Positions 14,082 to 28,859 are shown, numbered from the whole stretch's first letter. The stretch is DNA of 63,803 nucleotides, filler included, from Octopus bimaculoides (GCF_001194135.2; 5 parts of 5 records of this genome joined end to end with filler, not necessarily neighbours in it); one strand, 5' to 3'. Notes: generated from the sequence alone by a model not told the origin. Numbers and translations: made by a program.

Positions 14082-14744
14082 CAGAGAGAGAGAGAGAAAG
14101 AGACAGAGAGAGAGAAGGGGAGGAATATAGAGAAACAGAGAGAGTTTGGTTAGTATTAGTTAGCATTAATAGATAGTTCATTCCATTTTCTTAATGATGT
14201 TTATCCGAATGCCAACGCCATTATCGCGTCTCTTATTAAAAATAGAGAAATATATTTTACCTTTAACATTTAAAGATTACTTTCTGTGTAATTTCTCAGT
14301 TTTAATTAGTGTTTTATAATTTCAGTATTAAGTTATTTAAGCTTTAATTATAAACTTTAATTATAAATGTGAGACTCTAAATCACTAATTAATACTCCAG
14401 TGCAGTCACACGTTCATAAATTTTTACATATAAATGAAACATGGATTCAACCTCTACGTGGTCGATCAAACGGCTACAAATGGCACCAAAATTCCTTCAA
14501 CTCTGCATACACTTGGCACTAAGAAAAGAGGCGCTTATCCGATCAGCAGCAATCCTTTAGCATTCATATCACTCCGTCAAATGTAATGATTATTTATCCG
14601 TAAGTAAGAAAAGGAAACACATTCGACTATTGTGAAAGAGACGTGTTAGCTAGGATTGAAATATATTTGGTTATTGATATTTTCAATGAAGGCTCATCTG
14701 CGTCTAAACAGCATAACAAGAAGTAAACATTAATAAACATGAAA

Positions 14745-14960
14745 AATAGAGCGGGAAGGTAGCAGAACCGTTACCAGGCCAGGCAAAATGCTTCGTGGCA
14801 ATTCCTCCCCCATACGTTCTGCGTTCAAATCCTGCATGGGTCGACTTTGTCTTTCTTCCTTTCGGTGTCGTTAAAGTAAGTACCATTTGTGTTCTGGGAT
14901 CGATGTAATCGATTTACCCCACCATAAATCCTGCTGCCTTGTGCCAAAATTTGATGCCAA
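14745..14960 (+). mobile_element. tRNA-derived SINE family A
   Basis: A-box-like ggtagcagaaccg and B-box gttcaaatcc; the body gtcgactttg..ctttcggtgtcg is shared with the other copies in the window. Confidence 0.85.
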
Positions 14961-15717
14961 TATGTATAAAAATTGCTTTAAAAAGCTGTTATTTATGTTT
15001 TAGGTATAAGCAATGATTTATTTACCATCCTCAAATTCTGGATATATTATTCTTTAAAGTATATAAAAGGACACATCCGGAAAAATAAATCTGATAAACT
15101 CAGAGAAATACTATTTACTCCTCGGAGCCTACCACGTATACAACACGTGTCTTCATACAAGAGACATCGTTTTATCTAATTTAATAGACGTGAGCATTCT
15201 GAATGTTTATGACCACAGACTTTTAGCTGTGTTTGAATTTGAAGCAGACTCTTATTTTCCTAAAAGATAAAAATAATTTTCACATTTCCGTAATTGACTT
15301 TCTCTGCAACAGGCATGTCTTGAAGAGAAGAAACTCTATCGCTCATCAGTTTAACTTTACGTAACATTTGGTGAACATTGTAGGTATGGATCCTTATAAT
15401 TTGCGAACGAATATATTTTTAACTAATGTATCGTTCTCAAAACTAATTTTCACTGGTGGGCCTTCCACTCTAATAGTTCCTACGGAACCAATTAGAACTC
15501 AGGGCACAAAATTATTTCAAAGATAACACAGATTTTAGCCATAGCAATGTAAATTAAACATTAGATTCTTGAGCCGCAAATCAAATATCTTATTTTTAAC
15601 TCATTAGTCCAGTTATCTAGTTTCCATGGCGTGTAAGTCACTGAGATCATAACATTCTTCCTGAACATAGCAGGATTCAAGACTAGCAATTTTGAGAGGA
15701 GAAAAAGCGATTGTATG

Positions 15718-15880
15718 AACCCCAGTATTTGACTGCTTCTATATTAGATCGACCCTGAGGAAGTGAAAAGTAAAGTTAACCTTGTCGAGATTGGAACTCA
15801 GAACGTAAAAAAACCGGCACAAATGTTGCCAAGCGTTTTTTTTTTCTGACTTCCTTACGACTTTGCTATTTCGCCGCCTT
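15718..15880 (-). mobile_element. SINE family A, degenerate
   Basis: Reverse-complement match to 38514-38733 (gaactcagaacgtaa, tttcgccgcctta). Confidence 0.75.
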
Positions 15881-16144
15881 AAACTAACCGTTAATTATTA
15901 TAAATTCAAGGAATTACTAAGATCAAGAAAATATCATCTGATTGAGAAACAGATACCTTTAATTCGTGGTTCAGTCAGGGCGATGACCGTGTGAAAATGT
16001 CTTTCTAGTTATTACTCATGATCACAAATTGAAAATATTTGTTAAGAAAACTATGATGAAAATTAAGACGGTCATATAAATAGTGCGTAGTACACCACCA
16101 CTTTTCATTTCTTTCAAACAGTTTTGCTTTCTTCTCTACTATAG

Positions 16145-16174
16145 TTTCAATGATATAATACCACATAATGTAAG
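16145..16174 (+). other. Candidate 30-nt microexon (FNDIIPHNV)
   Basis: Acceptor ttttgctttcttctctactatAG and donor AAG|GTAAGA; only one of three frames is open; no homology recognised. Confidence 0.2.
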
Positions 16175-17393
16175 GTAAGAGGAATATAAATTGACATTTA
16201 TGCATTCATACCCATATGTTCACCATTACAATTCTAACATTAATACGTACAAAACTATTGGCTATCTTACTTTTCATAGCGGCAAACAAAATGATGTGAC
16301 TATTGGAGATAGGCAGGCAATGTATTTCATGAATAAAACCGTATTACATTTTCTCATTTGCACTCTCTTTTGCATACATATGCTCACAAACATGCACACG
16401 AACACGCACATATGCACACGTAAACTAAAACGCCGATTTCCTGAATCCCATTTAGATATTATATATATATATATATATNNNNNNNNNNNNNNNNNNNNNN
16501 NNNNNNNNNNNNNNNNNNNNNNNNNNNNNNNNNNNNNNNNNNNNNNNNNNNNNNNNNNNNNNNNNNNNNNNNNNNNNNNNNNNNNNNNNNNNNNNNNNNN
16601 NNNNNNNNNNNNNNNNNNNNNNNNNNNNNNNNNNNNNNNNNNNNNNNNNNNNNNNNNNNNNNNNNNNNNNNNNNNNNNNNNNNNNNNNNNNNNNNNNNNN
16701 NNNNNNNNNNNNNNNNNNNNNNNNNNNNNNNNNNNNNNNNNNNNNNNNNNNNNNNNNNNNNNNNNNNNNNNNNNNNNNNNNNNNNNNNNNNNNNNNNNNN
16801 NNNNNNNNNNNNNNNNNNNNNNNNNNNNNNNNNNNNNNNNNNNNNNNNNNNNNNNNNNNNNNNNNNNNNNNNNNNNNNNNNNNNNNNNNNNNNNNNNNNN
16901 NNNNNNNNNNNNNNNNNNNNNNNNNNNNNNNNNNNNNNNNNNNNNTTTTATGAGGTATATGAACTGAATATTTATTACGTTAGTCATTTTGCCTTATATA
17001 TCTTTCTACTTTGAAGAGTATATCCTGAGTCTAACTTTCATGTGTTGTTTGAAGTAGTAAAACATAAAAACAAAATGGAAGCCAAATCCATTGATATTAT
17101 CCTAAAGAGCATTTCCGTTTCCGGGTGAAACTTTCTGTCAGAGTAACAATAGCAGAAACAATGAAGAAAGCTGCATTTATTGGAGCCCATAAAATTGACA
17201 AAGTTATATTTTGACATATTCATTTATATTTTGTATATCTCTTCGTATGTAATGTGTGTATGCCTGTACGCACACATACACTCACACGCACATGTACACA
17301 CACGCACGCACACATATCACAATTATACACATACATACACCCAACAGAAACATTCGGACGAACTCAGTAGATATGCACGTATATATGTGACTA

Positions 17394-17397
<4 letters not shown>

Positions 17398-17476
<79 letters not shown>
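17398..17476. repeat. (TG)n microsatellite
   Basis: Perfect dinucleotide run. Confidence 0.95.
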
Positions 17477-17478
<2 letters not shown>

Positions 17479-17829
17479 AGACACACACAAATACATATAT
17501 ATATATATATATATATATAAACATATACATATATATATAAATACATATATATATTATACATGCATATCTATATATATAAATACATACATATATATATATA
17601 TGTATGTATGTAAACATACATACATACATACACACACATACATATATATACTTTTATAATTTTATTCCTTTCAGCCATTTCACTGCAGTCATGGTGGAGT
17701 ACCATCGTGGTTTTTCATTCTTAAATATCATTGTTCCTTGGCTGACATCTTTACGGTGGTGGGGTTTCATATCACCACTCATGTATGTATTCCTGTAATT
17801 GTTGTCCCATTTAGTATATGAGGGCGTTT

Positions 17830-18430
17830 GAAGTTGTTGCCCTAAACTGTACCTCATGCCGGACCGTTAGTTCGTGCGGTATTGCGGTGAGAATATTTTC
17901 CAATTCGTTTTTGAAGACATCTACGTCAACACTGTGTGCGTTTCTTAATTTTTTGACAGGGAGCTGAATATCGGTGGATCTTTGAGCCCTAAGCTACTGC
18001 AGTACCTGGTCCTGACTCTACATGGGGTAGACGGTGCCTTTAGTACAACACAATGGCGCCCAGTTCGAGCATTATTATAGCAATGCAGAAATTAGTAGCC
18101 CTTCCAAAATCTTCCATATGGAGATTTTTACATACCTGGTGCCCCTTCACTCCAGTGAATAAAGTCGAGATTCTTTCAGCCGCTCCCTGTAGTTCATCTA
18201 CAGCACAGTTACAATCTTTTTAGTGTAGTGGTGTCGGGCTGCTTCACATTCTGCTGTTAGTTTGGCACCGTGTGGTGACCACAGCTTAGAACTGTAATCT
18301 AGGTGGACAAAAACAAAAGATCCTCACAAGGTCAGAATGACTTCTTGGCCTCTTGGCTTCAAGGATTTTAGCATCCATCCTGCCAGTTGTTTCCACTTTG
18401 TTGCCACCTTGGTACTGTGCAAATGAAGTA
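17830..18430 (-). mobile_element. CR1/L2-group LINE ORF2 3' fragment
   Basis: LDYSSKLWSPH..RHHYTKKI..MNYRERLKESRLYSLE*R..IWKILEG..NARTGRHC..RYCSSLGLKDP..VDVDVFK matches the CR1 ORF2 C-terminal pattern (LDYCSxxWSP, YxERLxxLxLYSLExRR). Confidence 0.88.
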
Positions 18431-20208
18431 AATTGATATTCAGATAAGCATAGACTTAAACATATAAATCTATACACAAACATTTACACACACACATATA
18501 TACATACATACATACATGTATGTGTGTGTGTGTGCGTGCATGTGTCTGCGTGCGTGTGTGTGTGTGTGTGTACAAATATTGAATGAAATTGAGAAATACA
18601 ATTGACAAACTAAAGTTTATTTACATTATAATATAATATAACATAACAAATTGGATGTTTATATCCCTTTGAAGGAATTGCTTTTTCTTTCGTTTGATTT
18701 ATATATATNNNNNNNNNNNNNNNNNNNNNNNNNNNNNNNNNNNNNNNNNNNNNNNNNNNNNNNNNNNNNNNNNNNNNNNNNNNNNNNNNNNNNNNNNNNN
18801 NNNNNNNNNNNNNNNNNNNNNNNNNNNNNNNNNNNNNNNNNNNNNNNNNNNNNNNNNNNNNNNNNNNNNNNNNNNNNNNNNNNNNNNNTATATATATATA
18901 CATATATACAAACTTTGTTTCCCACATATTTTCAACTCATAATTTTTCCACGTGGTGTATACTGAATCTTCAGTATCTTTGCTCCTTGTATATTTTTTTA
19001 TATGTGTACAATATGTATACATATATACAGATTGTAAAATTCTCAGTAGAAGTCTCCATGAGTTCTCACTTGCAACTGATGGTCATCCTGTGATAGCAGC
19101 AAGGAACTTTACTGATACTTAAGTATATTTTTAATATTCAGAATTCCAATTCTTAAATCTATATTTTTTACAGCAATGACTTCATAAGTAGGAGAAAGAC
19201 TATTTGAAATAGTAGATAGGACAATGCTCCAAAGCTTAATTCAACATTGTCTTACCTTTAATCACAATTAGAAAAGGTTATTTAAGTAATCTTTTTATTT
19301 ACAAATGCCATGCATCTTTCTACAATATAATATTCCATCATTATAAGATAGACAAACGAGACCTGATTCCATATTACACTTAAATATACTTTTTAAGTAA
19401 ACAATAAAAAATTAATGTATTCGTAAGAAAAAATGAAGAACGTATAGAAACATTGATTAAAATTAAAGACGTCACTCCCTTTGTTTAGGAACAAAATGTT
19501 CTCAATATGTAATATAAGTTTTGGCACCTTCACGTTCTTCGCCTCCTGAGAACGTGTTAAGATACTACAGACATTACTTTATATAATCCATATAAGCATG
19601 CACACCTACTTATGTACGCATGCAAATGTGTGTATATGTGTAAGTGTCTGTGCGTACGTATTACATAAGAGGTGAATGAGGCAAAAGAAGAAGAGATAGT
19701 TGGGGTTGAGAGAAAGATAAAAAATTCAAGATCGTCCATACCGCACCTCCACATCTCAAATTCAAATATCATCTCTGTTTATCACAGAAAATAATATGAT
19801 CTATATATTTTCCTTGCCTTCAGCTTTCAAACATCCACTTTACAAACCGATTGAATAACAAGCTTTTTGAACGTCCAATTTGGATATCGTCTTTGATATG
19901 GCCGAACGCGATGCACCGCGTATTTTTTACATGAATGTCTTACTCTATAAACGGCATTGGATTTTGAATTTTAGTAGAGAATTGTTTTAGACGTATTAAT
20001 ATGTTCTTTCCATCTGTCAGCGAGTATCAATTATGACAAATGCATCTTCCACACAAGTACTGCTGGTCATATCTTCATACTTTGGTGACTACCTACGCAA
20101 AAATGCCCATTGTTACAGCATCTTCGTGTGTATATGTGTGTGTGTGTGTGTGTGCGTGTCTGTTCGTGTGTATATATATATATGTGTGTGCATGTATATA
20201 TATGCATA

Positions 20209-20271
<63 letters not shown>

Positions 20272-20315
20272 NNNNNNNNNNNNNNNNNNNNNNNNNNNNN
20301 NNNNNNNNNNNNNNN

Positions 20316-20327
20316 TTAATTAATTAA
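20316..20327. other. Assembly spacer TTAATTAATTAA inside an N gap
   Basis: Identical 12-mer centred in a 100-nt N block; four occurrences in the window. Confidence 0.95.
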
Positions 20328-20371
20328 NNNNNNNNNNNNNNNNNNNNNNNNNNNNNNNNNNNNNNNNNNNN

Positions 20372-20451
<80 letters not shown>

Positions 20452-20647
20452 GTATGTGTGTGTGTGTGTGTGGTAAGTGTCTGTATGAATGTATTTGTGA
20501 GTGTGAGAGAGAATGAATTTATGTATATCTCCGTATAAGCGATTGCCATAAAGTTTTTGTACAGCGTATGTCTCAGTGTTATGAAAGGTTCGTGTAAATA
20601 CGTTTATGAGATTAAGACTGCTTGTGTGTATAAGAATGATTGCATGC

Positions 20648-20707
<60 letters not shown>

Positions 20708-21197
20708 TATGCGTTTATAGGTGTGTATGTGTGTGTGTGTATTGTGTGTGAAGTGCAAACCGACAAAAGAAAGATATACAGAGGGTGCAAAACGTTAAAT
20801 ATAGACTTGTCAAAAGATAAAGGGTCATTGATGAAACGTTCTGAATTGCAAATGAATGTAGGACAGAGACACAAAACTGTCTGTATAGTGATGAGAAGTT
20901 GATTGTGGCAGAGTAATGTTTGATTCATGATAAAAGATAAGAAAAAAATGAGAGACGTGGGAAGGTGTGTATGAATGTCGAGTCCAGAGGAAAGGTTAGC
21001 TAGGAAGTTGATATGAAGACAATGGGAAGTGAAAACCAGTTGCAGAAAAACAGGAATGGAGCTATGCCAAGCACGCGTGCTCGCACGCACGAACGAACAA
21101 ACAAATGTACTTACAGGTACACAATACACACATGCATATATATGTGTATGTGTGTATGTGAGCGTGCGTGTGTAAATACATACATATATATATTATA

Positions 21198-21430
21198 GCC
21201 GGATCACTACTTTACATTTATACCAATAATGATTGATGCACTTGGTTTTGTAAGTAAATGCCTAACTGTGAAACTGGATAAGCTTGGATTTTTCAAAAGA
21301 AGATATCAACCAACTGACTCACGCATTACAAACAAAATCTGTAAGTGGAACAGCAAAACTATGCAGGACTTTTCCTGGGTTTAAAATGTGACATAGTTTT
21401 AGTTCAAATACAGACACACCGACATACACA
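21198..21430 (+). mobile_element. R4/Dong-type (REL endonuclease) LINE 3' end, 5'-truncated
   Basis: PDHYFTFIPIMIDALGFVSKCLTVKLDKLGF/SKEDINQLTHALQTKSVSGTAKLCRTF (frameshifts); same family as 28860-29248; flanked by microsatellites. Confidence 0.8.
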
Positions 21431-21623
21431 CTTATGNNNNNNNNNNCAAACACACACACACACAAACACACACATATATATGCACACAGACACACTATAT
21501 GACGAATGATTTCTATACCTATTGACGTAAGTACATATGTATCACTATATCACAAATGTGCATATGCATGCGTTTTCGTGTGTGTGTTTCTGTGCCATTG
21601 TATGTACGTATTTGTATATGTAT

Positions 21624-21694
<71 letters not shown>

Positions 21695-21883
21695 ATGTTT
21701 AAGACGCCATCTTGTTGTTGTTATTGCTGGCAATTACTTTTGAATCTTGTAGTTTTGGTTCTTTCTTTTCATATTAATATTTTCGCGTTAGTTTTGTCAT
21801 CCAAATATATTGTTATTACTTCATTTTTAACAAGATCTCACCGACTGCAATTGTAATGCCAACTCATATATATACACTCATAT

Positions 21884-21932
<49 letters not shown>

Positions 21933-21992
21933 NNNNNNNNNNNNNNNNNNNNNNNNNNNNNNNNNNNNNNNNNNNNNNNNNNNNNNNNNNNN

Positions 21993-22031
<39 letters not shown>

Positions 22032-22473
22032 GTGTGTGCATGCATGCCCATGTATCTATAAGTGTATCTGTTGTGTGTTTAGTGAGAGACCGTGAGTTAG
22101 ATATATCACCGCCTTGGGCTGACACCTGATGCTGTTCTTTAAAACGTTCTTCGTAAAAGTGAAGCACTTAAGATTCTCTCAACAGAAAGAAAGAGTAGAG
22201 GTAGAGTTTGAACAAGTGGAAGAAGCTGGGAGGGAAAAAGACAAATGGAGGAGGTTTCAGCGACAAACATTAAGACGATCATCAGAAATAAGACGACTTG
22301 TACGCTTACACAAGGTACTTAGGTTGTGTATTGTGTACGAGTCTGTGTGTGTGTGTGTGTGTGTGAGACTATGTGGTCGTGTTTGAGCGCATATATGTGT
22401 ATTTGCATACGTATGTCTCTGTGTGTGCATGTGTATGTGTGTGTGTGTGTGTNNNNNNNNNNACCTGGAACCA

Positions 22474-22615
22474 TGTGGTTGGGAAGCAAGCTTCTTACCA
22501 CACAGCCACATTTATTAAACATTTATATATACTACAGACTGCTTTTGGTTTGGCATCAACCAAATCTCATCACAAAGCTTTGGCCGCCTGGGGCTATAAC
22601 AGAAGACACTTGGAA
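22474..22615 (-). mobile_element. tRNA-derived SINE family B fragments
   Basis: gaaccatgtggttgggaagcaagcttcttaccacacagccac is the reverse of the head at 63536; ggctataacagaagacactt is a body fragment. Confidence 0.7.
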
Positions 22616-23616
22616 CCATGTTGTTCCACTTATTACACTGTCACACCTGATCCTAGACAAGACTGAAATTGGCTACATTTAAAATGGACCTCAGATATCG
22701 ATGGTCAATCATTTTAAATGCTTTTGATTGATCTAAATGTGATCGTAAATTCATCAAAGCCAGATTCACGCCTAAACTCTGGTATGTTGTCTGTGTTACT
22801 ATCGTTGCTATTGTTCAGAATCAGTTCAGCAAATGATTGCCAATGTTCCAACTGTCACCCATTCTTCTTGTCATTTAGAGATTATATTGTCCAATATATT
22901 CTTTATCATTTAAGGTGTAATTTAAAATAGCTTTAGCTGCTATTTCAAGCAATTCGAACGCTCACCGAAAGGATTCCTCGTCAGAACGAGCTGTGTTCGT
23001 TATAGTTACAAGTTGCTGCTAGTATTTTTGTGCTGCGTCGATATTTTGTATATTTTACTGTTGGTGTTTGGTGTTTACTATTAATGTAACCCATTATTTA
23101 TACAGTGACTTGTATTTGTATTGCCTTCGCGTTACCTTTTTTGCTCGCCTCCAAAGAAATATATCCCGTTACTGGGGATAAGTATTATCTATTGTCACGA
23201 TTGTCGTGATCAAGTCGAACAGTTATTTGTATCTCTGTCTTTACAGAGATGCAAATGACAGCACATAAAAAACAATGCTTCTCTTAGACCAGAGAGAAGG
23301 AAGAAGCAAAATTAAGTTCTCCGTCCCTTTAACAGATATAATAGCATTAAAGTAAATGCAATAGGTGTAATGTATGTGAGGGGAAAAAAAATAAACAGCC
23401 CTGACATAAGTGACTGGAAAATACGTCTTAACACGGAAATATCTTACCTCAGCAATAATAAATAACAATATAATAAAATGAATCATAATAACTGTTTCTA
23501 GTATAGGAACAAGGCAACGACTTTTAAGGCAAGTGGTTAATTGTCTAATTCGACTCATATACATACAGTAAGTGCTATGATTCGGACAGCGCACCAACTT
23601 TACTCTGAAGAATAAT

Positions 23617-23824
23617 TCTTTCTCATTTTGGAAAAGGTCAGCAATTTTGAGAAGGTGAAGATGATTACATCGATCACAGCATTGTTGCTTTATTTCATCG
23701 ACTCGGAAAGGATAGAAAGCAAAGTTGACCTCATCAAAATTTGCACACGGAACGTGAAAATGAATGAAATACCGCTAAGAATTTTTGTCCGACGTGCTAA
23801 CGATCCAACCAGCTCGCCACCTTA
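23617..23824 (-). mobile_element. SINE family A
   Basis: gaaataccgctaag..gacgtgctaacgatcc..cagctcgccacctta matches the other copies. Confidence 0.8.
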
Positions 23825-25308
23825 ACAACAACAACAACAACAACGACGACATAATGAGGGGGACAATACAAAGACAGACATTAAGTATGGGAATTTACAT
23901 AGACAGGGATGATTTATTCTAAAAAGAAAGGAGAATCCGGATTGAGTATTTTTACAAAAGCTAGGGTATGTGATTTATAGGTTGAAAATATCATGTGATT
24001 GTGTGCGATTTGCACAATTCCCAAAAGTATTAGATGCTTAGAAAAGGAATTTCGAAGATTGGAATCAGTAAGTTAAAAACAAATATAATCAAGCGTACTC
24101 AATAAAAATAAGATAAAGCCAATCATATATATTGTTATTTTTATGTTGAAAGCCGAAAAAAATCAATAGCACTTAACTTGAATCTCTTGGGATGAAAAAC
24201 CGAGGTGCCTCGAGCTTCCTCATCCTTTCGACAAGGCAGATAACAAATCATTTAATTTATCGTTAATCTCTTAACGTACACTTTAAGTTTCTTTTAAGAT
24301 TTAGATTTAACGTGTTTTAATTGTTATTCTTATATTTTGTTTCTCCCTCGTGCGCTCTAAAGCATTAAATTAGTAATGTTTTATGATACGCAAAGCTACA
24401 ATTTAGGCTGACGTTGACATGTTTGAATGACTTTTCTTCTAAATGGGAAATTAGATATATACTAACAAGAGGAAAGGAAGTACATCTGTTCTCTAATACC
24501 ACCAAATAAAACTTTCTTACGCTGGAATAAGCTAATAACATTTGTTGGGTTGTAATCGTCAGAATTGTTTCTATAACATACGTAGTATCCATTTCATTTA
24601 TACCTCTGATGGTTTAAAAGGCAAATCTGATCGTAGCTGAATTTAAATTCATAACGTTAGAGAAGCGAAACTAATTTCTTAGAAGTCTAAGATCTTTGTA
24701 TATTTTGCATTTCAATCGATTACACTATAGGCTTCATTTATTTCTCGAATTGGTGTTCCATCGATTGCTACGATAGTTTGATAAAAAAAATAATACAAAG
24801 TTGATTGGTTTCGTGTTTGAGGTTACTTCATGATAGTGGTAGTGGTGGCGACAGTAGATTAAATGATGTGAAAAGCTGCTCTCCTGTTACATAGCGTAAA
24901 TTGTATAATACTAAGCACAGAATAAGTTTGATTTGGTGTGTTGTTAGACGCATACAATGCAATTGTGGGCTGTAGAGTCTAATTCACTGTTGCAATGTAC
25001 CAAGTGTTGTAGGTTTACGGTTATCTATTATATCGTCTCTATTATATTGTCTTTGCTTTAGAAAACCTGTTGCTAGAAGCGATTGTAATTGCTATGTTGG
25101 TTATCATTTTGAACTTTCGAGTGTAGTTTTGTATCTATGATGCGTAGCGAATTTGTTCACTTGTTTATGGCCAATAAACTTTTATTTTCCTTCAGAAGCT
25201 GCATAGGCGGTCCTCTTTATCGTCTTTACTTTAAACTTGTTTCATTTCATACGTGGTCCGTTTCATGGTTGCAACAGAAATTATAAATGTAGTTTTTCGT
25301 ACCATCTC

Positions 25309-25353
<45 letters not shown>

Positions 25354-25849
25354 NNNNNNNNNNTCTCTCTCTCTCCCTCTCCCTCTCTCCCTCTCTCTCT
25401 CTCTGCTTTGTTGGTGTTGTTCATAATAGACAACAGCTCTTTTGTATCAAACTTACAGATTTACTGTAGCTTGCACCAGAGGACCCTTGTGTGTACGAAA
25501 ACACTATGTAAGAAACTACTGTTTCATTTTTGTAACATTTCCTTTACTCTAAATAGTGTATTTCACTCTCTTCCAGCATTTAATGATTTAACATCTTTTT
25601 TCCTGATATCTACATTTCTAATAGTTTTTTTTTTTTTACCTCTGGTAAAATAACCACTACACGTGTTTCGATACTACATAGATCCACATGTATACAGGAT
25701 TTAAATTTAAATGAAGTTACGGTTGTATAATAGGACCTAGTTGTATCTTCTCAGGTGATATATAATCGCTGTCTCCGTTAGTAGATGTTTGATTTCGATG
25801 CTATCACATCCAACTAGCTCCTTTGAATCTAGCAGATGCTGACAGTTCC

Positions 25850-26380
25850 AACCCGCTCACGGTATTCACGAGAAGTGAGAGCAAAGGAGAGCACACGTTC
25901 ACTCTCTGCTTGCGATTAGACTCTGAAAATTTGTGAGAGACACATTGACCCAATTTTCTGACTTTTCAGATGGCATGCACGTGTCGATGAATGGTTGAAT
26001 GACCCAATCCAAGCTTCTCTGCTAGTTCCTCAACAGTTACGATGGGATTTTTTCCACCAGGGTTTGCAGGACGTCCTCGTCGAGCTCTACATATTTTCTG
26101 AGACGAGGCTCGTCTTCTAGGCTGTAGTTTCTGGCTCAGAATTTCTGGAACCTCTGTTGACACTGGTTTACGCTTATTGTCCGATCCCCATACACTGCAT
26201 TAATATTCCTCAGACTCTCCGTTGCGTTGTTGCCTTTATTGAACGCATAAAGCAAAATATACTGAAAATGCTCCCTTACCACTCCCATTATAGGTTTGAA
26301 AAAATAACTGTTAAAATCAAATTGCACTCTTCAAAACTTGCACTAAGAATAAGGTCAAGGTAAAATTACCACCTGCTTTT
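25850..26380 (-). mobile_element. Mariner transposase 5' fragment (HTH domains)
   Basis: REHFQYILLYAFNKGNNATESLRNINAVYGDRTISVNQCQQRFQKF, then SLEDEPR-like sequence and KNPIVTVEELAEKLGLGHSTIHRH (mariner bipartite HTH), frameshifted. Confidence 0.9.
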
Positions 26381-26953
26381 ATAGCATGTTGATGCAGGTA
26401 GCTTATTCTGTCCTCCTCCGACTTTTAGTTCATNNNNNNNNNNNNNNNNNNNNNNNNNNNNNNNNNNNNNNNNNNNNNNNNNNNNNNNNNNNNNNNNNNN
26501 NNNNNNNNNNNNNNNNNNNNNNNNNNNNNNNNNNNNNNNNNNNNNNNNNNNNNNNNNNNNNNNNNNNNNNNNNNNNNNNNNNNNNNNNNNNNNNNNNNNN
26601 NNNNNNNNNNNNNNNNNNNNNNNNNNNNNNNNNNNNNNNNNNNNNNNNNNNNNNNNNNNNNNNNNNNNNNNNNNNNNNNNNNNNNNNNNNNNNNNNNNNN
26701 NNNNNNNNNNNNNNNNNNNNNNNNNNNNNNNNNNNNNNNNNNNNNNNNNNNNNNNNNNNNNNNNNNNNNNNNNNNNNNNNNNNNNNNNNNNNNNNNNNNN
26801 NNNNNNNNNNNNNNNNNNNNNNNNNNNNNNNNNNNNNNNNNNNNNNNNNNNNNNNNNNNNNNNNNNNNNNNNNNNNNNNNNNNNNNNNNNNNNNNNNNNN
26901 NNNNNNNNNNNNNNNNNNNNNNNNNNNNNNNNNNNNNNNNNNNNNNNNNNNNN

Positions 26954-27008
<55 letters not shown>

Positions 27009-27559
27009 ATTATATTGCATAAATCAGTGAATGTTTATGTAGGTATTTAGACTGAACATATTGACATATTCCTCAAGGTTTATTACTTAGTAAACGCCAT
27101 GTGCATATACAGAAAGTGAGTGGTGAGGTATTAAGAAAAATGCTTCCGATCGGTCTTTGATAGTGCATAGTGTACAGCAGCCACATCTTTTCGTTCAATA
27201 CTTTATAACCATATTTCTATTTCTCATTACTCGACCTTGTCTTGTTAAAAGGTGTGTTACAAAAGCTGATGGATGACTTACAACGCGGTCGAAATCAACA
27301 AATATAAAAGACCATTCTAGTGGGAAAGCCCAAACGATTAGTCTGTCGTTTCTCTCTGGTGAAGTTAGTAAACACAAACAATCAGGTGCTAAGTAAATAA
27401 CTAATAATCAGGTGACGCATGATAGCAGCATATTTTACTACAAGTTATTGATTAAGGATCGATTTATTTCTCGTGTGTGTGTGTGTGTGTGTCTGTTGCT
27501 TTTTAATACTTCTAACACTTATATATTTTTTCTTGTAGTATGCAAACGAATCATATCTT

Positions 27560-27985
27560 GATATGGGTGTAGCTGTAGTTAAGAAACTCGCTTTACAGCC
27601 ACGTTGTTTCGATTTCAGTTCCACTGCACTGCGACTTAAGCGAGTGTCTTGTATGATAGCACTGGGCCGACAAATGTCTTGTGACTGAATTTGGTAGGTG
27701 GAAACAGTCTGGAAGCCCGCCATATGCACACACATCCACACATTTACACACATATATATTTACGTGTGTACATGTATGTGTGTGTGTGTGTGTATGTGTC
27801 TGTGTTTGTGTTCATAGCATTGCTTGAAAACCGGTGTTACTGTGTTTACGTCCCCGTAACTTAGCGGTCCGGCACAAGGAACCGATAGAATAAGTAACAA
27901 AGTTAAGAAAAATGTACCGTGGTCGATTCTGCAAGGCAGTGCTCTAGCATGGCTGCAGTCTAATGACTGATTGAAATAACAGATG
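27560..27985 (+). mobile_element. SINE family B with internal microsatellite and tail
   Basis: Head gttaagaaactcgct..ttcagttccactgc, body ggaaacag..gaagcccg, tail tgtttacgtccccgtaacttagcgg..gcatggctgcagtc. Confidence 0.75.
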
Positions 27986-28210
27986 CAAAATATAAATGTA
28001 TGAAACTTCAAAATACAATCAAAATAAGACAATCATATCCTATCGCAATACAGTGTAAAACTGCAGACAGTGGAATACAGTAAAGGCACCACTCCAGTGG
28101 CTGAAAGATACGGGAGATGCCTATGTTTATGTATGTATGTATGTATGTATGTATGTATGTATGTATGTATGTATGTATGTGTGTGTGTGTGTATGTATGT
28201 ATGTATATAC

Positions 28211-28469
<259 letters not shown>

Positions 28470-28489
28470 TGTGTATGCATATATATATA

Positions 28490-28835
28490 TTATTATGTAT
28501 GTAGATGTGAAGATTTGTATGTATTCTCATGCATATTGTTGCATATCTACAAATGCTCTTAAATGTATAAAAACCTTTAAATAAGTTCTTCACCGATAAT
28601 GGTGTTTACATACCGAAGGGCTTGGTAAAAATTATTAATTATTAATTTATTAATAAATTAATAAATTGATAATCCTTTACCCTTTTATTTGTAATAATTA
28701 TTCATGCTCTTATATATTTAAATGATAAACAGATTTTTACCATTCCAGTGATGCTTGGCTCTGTAGTCTTCGAATTATCTTTCTCCTTTCTGGTTTTGAG
28801 AATCCTAATTTCTAAAGATTGATATTTAGGCAGTG
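28490..28835 (-). mobile_element. Second, more decayed copy of the REL-LINE 3' end and UTR
   Basis: 28715-28835 duplicates 28935-29075 (ttccagtgatg..ctgtagtcttcgaat..tttaggcag); 28515-28560 duplicates the UTR at 28890-28930. Confidence 0.75.
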
Positions 28836-28859
28836 TGTTTATGTATGTATGTATGTATG

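Noticed and set aside
22080-22330. Possible RTE LINE C-terminus (EEAGREKDKWRRF)
   Set aside because: Single weak motif; not enough to call.
23241-23597. Hydrophobic minus-strand ORF with donor GAG|GTAAGA near 23448
   Set aside because: I/L/F richness is expected from AT-rich DNA; weak acceptor; no homology.
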